The position numbers were made by a program, and so were the translations under genes. From a virus: a stretch of 64,000 nucleotides of DNA. The stretch spans positions 1 through 64,000 of the IMG/VR virus record IMGVR_UViG_3300028490_000007; one strand, written 5' to 3'. Shown piece by piece: positions 57,497 through 64,000 of this stretch (its first letter is position 1; every line of letters begins with the position of its first letter). Under the pieces are notes generated by a model that searched no databases, was not told the DNA's origin, and saw nothing but the letters and a program-made list of their open reading frames with translations.

Positions 57497-57811
57497 TTAC
57501 GGAGTGTAGCCAATTACATCTGTAGCCCATACGGACTCTGCGATGACAAAAGGCTTTCCTGAAGAGTAAGACTCCCCTTCAAATAGTGAAAGGCCACTTT
57601 GAGGAATTTGCCCATTACCATCTACAATACTTGCTTGGTGTTGCTCGTACATCTCTAGTGCGATATATCCCACAAGGGCCTCATTATTTACTGAGAACAA
57701 GGGTTCATTCTTGTTTACTGCAGAGACGGTTTCATTTAGTTTAATAACTGCATTTCCCTTAATGAGCCCTTCTGCGTCAGCGGTTGGTGCTGCTGTTGGT
57801 ATCATTGCCAT
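57497..57811 (-). CDS. hypothetical virion protein
   Basis: AAAGGA RBS, head operon. Confidence 0.6.
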   Translation of the reverse strand: MAMIPTAAPTADAEGLIKGNAVIKLNETVSAVNKNEPLFSVNNEALVGYIALEMYEQHQASIVDGNGQIPQSGLSLFEGESYSSGKPFVIAESVWATDVIGYTP

Positions 57812-57821
57812 TTTATATCCT

Positions 57822-58091
57822 TTACACCGGTACTTTGACCATTGTTACTTGGCCTTGGAATTTTGTGTATCCGGCTATCCCGGAAATCTGAGCACTGATA
57901 ACGGCTGTTTTAGTTGCTGTATCAGATGCGTTGTCTATACTTCCTGCACTACTCACGAGTCCTGCAGCAGTAATCTTCTCGCCTTCATTACGGTAAATCC
58001 AGTCTACAGGCTTAGCTGTTCCTGCACCGAAAAAAGGAGATAAACTCTTTTCTGTTCCTGCTCTATGGTCGAGCATGATATCGTCTGCCAT
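57822..58091 (-). CDS. hypothetical virion (decoration-like) protein
   Basis: AAAGGA RBS before MADDIM. Confidence 0.55.
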   Translation of the reverse strand: MADDIMLDHRAGTEKSLSPFFGAGTAKPVDWIYRNEGEKITAAGLVSSAGSIDNASDTATKTAVISAQISGIAGYTKFQGQVTMVKVPV

Positions 58092-58101
58092 GGTAGATCC
58101 T

Positions 58102-59076
58102 TTATTTTTGTTGCGTAGCCACAAACATAGCTATAGCTTCTTTCTCTTGTGGACTTGCAGCATCTGTAACATTCTTTAACATGTTTATGTCAAGTGTTCC
58201 TTCGCTAAACAATTCCGATACAAGAGGTCGAGGAAAGACGTCTGTCCAGTCCTCTGCATCTATTGATGCAATCTTTTCCGTTGGAACTTCTTCATCCCCT
58301 ATGCTATACACATCAGACACTTGACCTGGTATAACAAGTTCTAAGATAGCTTCTTCAGCAGTCTTCTCGAACCCGTTAACTTCATCAAGATCTAACATAT
58401 CAAACACAAGAGAGGCAACCTTCTCTACTGAGTAGAGATTGGTCCCACTTAATTCAGATGCTAACTTTTCATAGCTATCATCCCCCGTAAGTAGTTTTCT
58501 GTCATGTAGAATGCTTCGTGCCGTTGAGATGTCTATAGTACCATACAACCCAAGAGAAAGAGTAGTGTCAGATACAGGCTCGCCAAGCTCTTCAGCTTTC
58601 TTAACCAGTTGTCTGTTAGCAACTACTAAATCTTCCGAGGACAGCATACTAGCTACCTTCTCAAGTGCACTGCTTGACATCCTAAGAGTGTCAGCATCCA
58701 CAACAGGAAGTTTACGTTGAGCTGGAAGAAGGAAATCAGAAGCGTCTAATTGCTCAGGCTCTGATGCCACTTTTTCCAACGAACCGATTTGAACATCTAG
58801 TCCAAACAAAGCACATGCTTCTTCACACGCTTCCTTGACAAAGCCGGGAACGTCTTCGTTCCCTTCAAGGTAAACACTTGACACAAGAGCATGTGCAGGT
58901 GAGTATATTGGGAACAACTTTTCATCCGGCCAAGCGAAAGCCTCTTTTGTGAGATCATTTCGTTCGTCCATAGGCAACGCTGCAACTTTTTCAAGTCGGT
59001 GTGCTGCCCCATCAGTCTCGGCAATTTTTTCCTTAAGGATTATCATATCCACGTCATTGAGTGCATCAATTAGCAT
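58102..59076 (-). CDS. putative head scaffold/internal protein with two DUF6582-like motifs
   Basis: AFAWPDEKLFPI...HA and DFLLPAQRKLPV; repeated EKVAS/EKIAS/EKLAS/EKTA. Confidence 0.6.
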   Translation of the reverse strand: MLIDALNDVDMIILKEKIAETDGAAHRLEKVAALPMDERNDLTKEAFAWPDEKLFPIYSPAHALVSSVYLEGNEDVPGFVKEACEEACALFGLDVQIGSLEKVASEPEQLDASDFLLPAQRKLPVVDADTLRMSSSALEKVASMLSSEDLVVANRQLVKKAEELGEPVSDTTLSLGLYGTIDISTARSILHDRKLLTGDDSYEKLASELSGTNLYSVEKVASLVFDMLDLDEVNGFEKTAEEAILELVIPGQVSDVYSIGDEEVPTEKIASIDAEDWTDVFPRPLVSELFSEGTLDINMLKNVTDAASPQEKEAIAMFVATQQK

Positions 59077-59185
59077 GGTGTCCTCCTTCAGAAAGCATTT
59101 GCTTTAGGTACTTGATGATTAGATGAGCTAAAATCATTCTCTCTATCTTCTCTTTACATACTCCGTCAAGCATATTAGCCCCTTA

Positions 59186-59641
59186 CTATTTTGTACGCTT
59201 TGTGCGTTTAGGTGCTGCTACAGTTTCGATAACTTCAGGTTCTTCCTTTACAGGAGCCTCTTCAATTTTCTCTTCTGTTACAGCTTCTTTTTCTGTAGCG
59301 TCTGAAGCATCTGCTTCACTTGTTTGTGTTTCTGTTTTTTCAGTTTCGCTATCAGGGTCAGTTTTATCTTCTCCAGCATTTGCGTCTGGTGTTGTGTCAG
59401 TAGCTACAGGAGGATTTTTATCCTCCGTAGTTTCTACAACATCTTCACTATTATCTGCTGAAGTTGATTTACCGGCATTACCAAAAGACAATCTTCTCTC
59501 TTTAATCATACGATCAATGTAAGATGCTTTACGCTCAAAGTCTTTTTGTAAAATCTTCTCTGTCTTGCCGGGTTCGATTGTAGTCATTCCGACTGCAATG
59601 TTCCCCTTAGACAGATTTGTTAGGTAAATATCAACTCTCAT
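59186..59641 (-). CDS. hypothetical protein with acidic low-complexity C-terminus
   Basis: directly after the MCP; E/T/D-rich linker ending KRTKRTK. Confidence 0.65.
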   Translation of the reverse strand: MRVDIYLTNLSKGNIAVGMTTIEPGKTEKILQKDFERKASYIDRMIKERRLSFGNAGKSTSADNSEDVVETTEDKNPPVATDTTPDANAGEDKTDPDSETEKTETQTSEADASDATEKEAVTEEKIEEAPVKEEPEVIETVAAPKRTKRTK

Positions 59642-59650
59642 ATCAGATCC

Positions 59651-60628
59651 TTATGCTTCGATGTCGGTGAATACACCCTTGTAAACACCTTTAGTGTTAC
59701 CAATAGCGTGTGCGATATACGCTTCACTGTCCATAGTCATCATATCTCTATCAACTTCCATGTAAGAAGTGTGATCTTGAAGGATGAAGAAGTGTCCATA
59801 CATGTCTTGAGGAGCGAAAGTATAAATTTCGTTGTTCTTAACAATGTGTGACTTGATTGTTGTAACGATCTTCTTATTCCAGAAGTCAGAGATGTTATCC
59901 ACACCATCTTCCCAGAATTTAGAAACAACGCTATCACCAACTTCTTGCATAGTCATATGCATAAGCTCTTGGATAAGAGTCTCTGTCAATAGAACAGTTT
60001 TGTTTGCGATACGGTTACGTGTCGGCATTTGGAACAAGAACACCAAGTTTGACTTGTCTAATGTTTCACCATTATCGAAGTATACTGTTTGTCCTGAGAA
60101 ACGCTTGTTACCTTGAGTAGTAAGGTTTCCACCGTTTGCTGCTTTAAACGCTGTCTCTTCGTCACCAAGAACTTGGTTAACTCCACCCATAACTGTCAAG
60201 TCTTCAACTTCATACATTGCTTCCGAGATACGATCTCTAAACAATTTCTTGTAGTCAGTCTTAACTGTCATCATTTCCATTTTTGATTTACGGATCTTCT
60301 CAGATACAACTTTTTGGAAGTAAACTGTGTAACGATCTGTTTCATGGTAACGGAACTCACCACGACCACGTAAAGGAACTGTCATTGCACGTGCATCAAC
60401 ATCTCTCTCTACCATGATTGCTGGTTGGTCTGTATGCTCAGTAGGAACTAAGTCTTTTGGTGAAATATATGTAGGTTCAACGATCTTACGAGCGAAGCCT
60501 TTTTCACGAATTTTGTCTTGGATAAAAAGTGAGATACCCTCTGCTGCTTCTTTAACAAATTCAGGGTCACTGAATAGTCTTGAAACGAACTGGCTTGAAC
60601 TCACTGTAGTAGATACTGCTGGTTTCAT
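59651..60628 (-). CDS. major capsid protein (HK97-fold)
   Basis: 325 aa, IREKGFARKIVEP motif, position after terminase/scaffold/decoration genes, KEA site at about residue 26. Confidence 0.7.
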   Translation of the reverse strand: MKPAVSTTVSSSQFVSRLFSDPEFVKEAAEGISLFIQDKIREKGFARKIVEPTYISPKDLVPTEHTDQPAIMVERDVDARAMTVPLRGRGEFRYHETDRYTVYFQKVVSEKIRKSKMEMMTVKTDYKKLFRDRISEAMYEVEDLTVMGGVNQVLGDEETAFKAANGGNLTTQGNKRFSGQTVYFDNGETLDKSNLVFLFQMPTRNRIANKTVLLTETLIQELMHMTMQEVGDSVVSKFWEDGVDNISDFWNKKIVTTIKSHIVKNNEIYTFAPQDMYGHFFILQDHTSYMEVDRDMMTMDSEAYIAHAIGNTKGVYKGVFTDIEA

Positions 60629-60639
60629 GTGTTCTCCTT

Positions 60640-61071
60640 TTAACCAAGTACGATAGCGAGCCAGTCGGTTCCACGACCAACAACTGCACCAACTTCAATA
60701 GTATTTGTTCCGTCAACGTGAACAATAACACCATCTTTTAAAGATACATTGTCGCCTGCTGCAAACGCCGTACCATCCTCTTCATACATTTTAGTGTGAA
60801 TTAACATCTCACCAAAAAAACCTTCTACTACGCCGGCAGGTTTCATTCTGTCAAGCATATCATTGTAGTGGCTATCTTCTGTTACAAGAAAAAAAGCTTT
60901 CTTTGTATCAGTAAGTGTAATTTTTGCTCCGTCATAACCAACAAACTCACCAGACTTTACAGCCTCGCCATTCGCCAATTCGATTTCTAGTTTCGGTAAA
61001 GCAAGAAAATCTGGAGACACAATGTGTACCATTTCTCGTCTACCGAATACCTTATCTGTTTTATAACCCAT
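60640..61071 (-). CDS. putative head decoration/cement protein
   Basis: 143 aa beta-rich, immediately upstream of the MCP. Confidence 0.55.
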   Translation of the reverse strand: MGYKTDKVFGRREMVHIVSPDFLALPKLEIELANGEAVKSGEFVGYDGAKITLTDTKKAFFLVTEDSHYNDMLDRMKPAGVVEGFFGEMLIHTKMYEEDGTAFAAGDNVSLKDGVIVHVDGTNTIEVGAVVGRGTDWLAIVLG

Positions 61072-61094
61072 AGGAAATTCCTTCTGTTTTAATT

Positions 61095-61436
61095 TTATTC
61101 AAAGTCACTAGGTGACTCGCCTGAGAGGATCATGTCCAGTCTCGCTTCCGAAGATAAGTCTGAACTCATCGATGGAAGGTCGTCTGCCGATGACCCAAAT
61201 CCGTTTCCACTTCTAAATGAAAAACCTTCTTCCGCCTCTTTCTGCAGTGCGGTTTCATGTTTAACATCAGAAGGATCAGAAATCTGGTCCTTCTCTAGGC
61301 TTGCTACCTTCAATAACAATTCGTCTCTCTCAGATGTGATAATTGCTTTTGCGTCAGTAAGATTTTGTATCTCTGTTGCCGCAGCTCTCAACTGAGAAGC
61401 GACATGTTGTCTTGTGTGCATAGTAGTCCCTTGCAT
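61095..61436 (-). CDS. putative scaffold protein
   Basis: coiled-coil N-terminus, KVAS/KEA motifs, acidic C-terminal helix. Confidence 0.5.
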   Translation of the reverse strand: MQGTTMHTRQHVASQLRAAATEIQNLTDAKAIITSERDELLLKVASLEKDQISDPSDVKHETALQKEAEEGFSFRSGNGFGSSADDLPSMSSDLSSEARLDMILSGESPSDFE

Positions 61437-61491
61437 TAGTGTTTATAAAATAGTAGCACAATTTGGCGAAAAAACCAATAGGTGCTTCTTT

Positions 61492-63075
61492 TTAGTAGAA
61501 TGAAACCGCATTTTTATGATGCATATACGCATACATTCCAAATACAATGGCGTGTAGCGTGTCATCTGGCTTCATTGTACTGTGAGTCCACATCTTTCTT
61601 CCCTGTTTCGTCTCTTGCTCAAATTCGGCAAGGATATCAGCAACAAAGAAGCGTGAGTCATCATAGTCTGGAAAAATAAAGTTAAGAGTACGTCCACCTG
61701 AAAGTCTCTGTGGTTTAAATTTCTTTATCAACATCCCCATTATAGTATCAATACCTTGGGTTTTGTTTAGTTGGATCATGTTTCGGTCAGCATCATATGA
61801 AAAACTTCCATTCCCCATATACATAACTTGCCTAAACCTATTATATCCTAAAGCCTGCATCATGTCAGCATTCTGTATCATACCCATACCTGCATCGGCA
61901 CCTACAACATCACATTGAAATAGTCGAGCTGTCTTCACTAATTCGTCTGCCTGAGTATTCGTTCCTCCTGGAGGGAAAATCTTACCCCATACCATTTCCA
62001 TATTTCCATCTTTTCTGTGACCCATTACAACAGCGACAGTTCGTGACTTTATAAGTACACCATCTCCCGTCCAGTCAATACCCATAAAGAAGCCATGGTA
62101 TCCCTTCATCCACTCTTTGTTTGGAGTGTGTGTCATCTTTCCGCCAGTACACATTTCTTTCATCATGTCCAAGTTCAAGAAACGCTGTGCAGCACCATTT
62201 GGAATACCTAGAACTTCTTGGTTGAACTTCTCTGGTGTGTATGTCTGATACTTAGTCCATACCTCTGCCCACTTTGACTCTGAAGTATGAAAAGGCAGAC
62301 AGATCTGAGGAATTCTAAATGCAACATAGTTTGCATGCTTGTCCCCTGTTTCCATCCACTCACCATTGTGTACAGATATTGGCTTTCTACACTTCATGTT
62401 GTTACATATGAGACCCTCTTTTGATATGTTTCTCAAATCCAATATATTCCACTTGTGGCAATGCTTACAGTGTATCATTCTCTCCATCTTGTTAGAGAGT
62501 TCCCATATTACACCAGTTGTATTCTCTAAACTCTTTGCAGTACCGGCATAGGTGATGACAGGTTCTTTTGACGAGGTAGTTACTTCCTCAATAGCAGGAA
62601 GAATATCATAGTCTATGTCTTGGGCTTCGTCTATGTATAAATCATCGGCAGACTTACCACGCACACGTACGGGGTCCATTCCTGTGATAGATGCATAGGT
62701 AAGTTCGATATAGCTTCCGATTATGTTCTTCTTGAAGAATACGTCGTTCTGTGCGTCCTTTCCTGTGAAGGCTGCTTTCAGATGAGGTGTATCATCTATT
62801 ATCTTTTGCAGCTTAGTCTTGGAGAAGGTTTTTGTTTGTGACTCTAGTGGGGCTACATACAAGGCTCTGTTTGGGTGTCTAATAATAGATTTTGTCCCAA
62901 GCTTGGCTGCAAGATATACAGTCTTCCCGACCTGTCTACCTGCAGTAATCATCATCTTTCTCTCGTCAACATCGTACGGTAGCCTAAAAGCCTCGTACTG
63001 GTCAAAGTCTAGCTTCATCCCATCTATATGCACATACTTATCAATAAAATGCGATACTCTTTCATCTGTCTTCAT
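61492..63075 (-). CDS. terminase large subunit
   Basis: Walker A AGRQVGKT, RVRG.SAD, Walker B LYIDEAQD, CKHC Zn-knuckle, RNase H-like GIDW...PDD.LH. Confidence 0.92.
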   Translation of the reverse strand: MKTDERVSHFIDKYVHIDGMKLDFDQYEAFRLPYDVDERKMMITAGRQVGKTVYLAAKLGTKSIIRHPNRALYVAPLESQTKTFSKTKLQKIIDDTPHLKAAFTGKDAQNDVFFKKNIIGSYIELTYASITGMDPVRVRGKSADDLYIDEAQDIDYDILPAIEEVTTSSKEPVITYAGTAKSLENTTGVIWELSNKMERMIHCKHCHKWNILDLRNISKEGLICNNMKCRKPISVHNGEWMETGDKHANYVAFRIPQICLPFHTSESKWAEVWTKYQTYTPEKFNQEVLGIPNGAAQRFLNLDMMKEMCTGGKMTHTPNKEWMKGYHGFFMGIDWTGDGVLIKSRTVAVVMGHRKDGNMEMVWGKIFPPGGTNTQADELVKTARLFQCDVVGADAGMGMIQNADMMQALGYNRFRQVMYMGNGSFSYDADRNMIQLNKTQGIDTIMGMLIKKFKPQRLSGGRTLNFIFPDYDDSRFFVADILAEFEQETKQGRKMWTHSTMKPDDTLHAIVFGMYAYMHHKNAVSFY

Positions 63076-63789
63076 TTACTTCCCTTTTAAGTGCTTAATC
63101 TCTTTCTGTAACTCATTTAGTTTAGCATGCATGTACTGGAATATAGGCTTATGCATTTCCATGAAATTTGCCTGTGCAGAACTCATCTCCTTGTCCACAT
63201 TCGTACCACATACTGACAACAACTCGCCTTCATCGCAAATTATTGACTCGTAGTAGTCTTTATCGTAATACTCAAAAAAGTCACTGAACTTTTGAATATT
63301 CAATATGTATGGTGGCATAGTCCACCCATCTGATTTAAGACAAGCAACAACATATCGAAGTGCATCACCACGAAGAGGAACATTGTCCGCATTATAGATA
63401 GCCATCAATACGATGATTGTCCAGATAGCCTTGGCAGGCTCGACAAAATCTACAATAGCAGTTTCAACGTCATCGTCACAAAAAACATCAACTGCAATAT
63501 TGAAATATTCTGGCACAGTCAACACTCTATCTGGATCTGCAATCAAAGCTTTAGCCATTACAGCTTTCTGCACTACGTTGGGTGCAGTTCTGTCTTTTAA
63601 AAGTATATACTGTATAGTCTCGTTCTCATACTCAAGTATATCCTCTCCTATGACCTTAGCTGCTCCATAGAAGCAAAGTATCGCAGGTAAGTCAGAGTTT
63701 GTTGCCAACGCATATTTTGTTGCGTCCTCGTCAAGCTCATTCATTGCATCCGATATCTTCTTGCTAAAATCTAAAAGTATATTCTTCAT
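63076..63789 (-). CDS. hypothetical protein
   Basis: 237 aa, abuts the terminase gene. Confidence 0.7.
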   Translation of the reverse strand: MKNILLDFSKKISDAMNELDEDATKYALATNSDLPAILCFYGAAKVIGEDILEYENETIQYILLKDRTAPNVVQKAVMAKALIADPDRVLTVPEYFNIAVDVFCDDDVETAIVDFVEPAKAIWTIIVLMAIYNADNVPLRGDALRYVVACLKSDGWTMPPYILNIQKFSDFFEYYDKDYYESIICDEGELLSVCGTNVDKEMSSAQANFMEMHKPIFQYMHAKLNELQKEIKHLKGK

Positions 63790-64000
63790 CTAAACTCCTG
63801 TGAATTCCACAGTGATGTTTCCTGAGCTGTCTATCTGACCTTCTGATTTGACAACCTTATCTAATCCCCATTGCCATGTTCTAGCAATAAGATATTCATC
63901 GCCTATCATTTTATCGTCACGTCTTAGACCATAATTCAGACCACCTGCTGTAGTTGCAAATATTCCAATAAACTCATCGCATCCTGTTCCGTAGCCGTAT
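63790..64000 (-). CDS. C-terminus of a hypothetical protein (truncated by window edge)
   Basis: open frame ...RTWQWGLDKVVKSEGQIDSSGNITVEFTGV* ends next to the following ATG. Confidence 0.55.
   Translation of the reverse strand, partial: YGYGTGCDEFIGIFATTAGGLNYGLRRDDKMIGDEYLIARTWQWGLDKVVKSEGQIDSSGNITVEFTGV

Noticed and set aside
1-64000. Stop-codon reassignment as in some large phages
   Set aside because: Genes are long and tightly packed in the standard code, TAG and TGA both end genes next to downstream starts, and the tRNA is not a suppressor

Overview
This window is part of a large tailed dsDNA (jumbo-type, probably myovirus-like) phage genome in the standard genetic code; a spanin-like pair points to a Gram-negative host. 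1-12.5 kb (minus strand) is an early/accessory block: a Cas4-like exonuclease plus annealase, many small hypothetical genes, a MazG-like protein, an amidase endolysin and an HNH nuclease. It also holds a ~1.5 kb ORF-poor, GC-richer tract of back-to-back hairpins (~8950-10465) downstream of a duplicated promoter-like motif, which is the best candidate for an undescribed large structured ncRNA. A tRNA-Ser(GCT) sits at the strand switch. 13-55.6 kb (plus strand) encodes tail/fibre/baseplate proteins, a putative prohead protease, a split RNA polymerase beta' C-terminal subunit, a holin/spanin cassette, internal head proteins carrying K-x-A motifs, a tape measure with an M15-type peptidase, GroES/GroEL, and a tail chaperone with a -1 frameshift. 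55.6-64 kb (minus strand) encodes the terminase large subunit, scaffold-like proteins, the major capsid protein and a sigma-70-like factor. All calls come from motif recognition by eye; no database searches were run.
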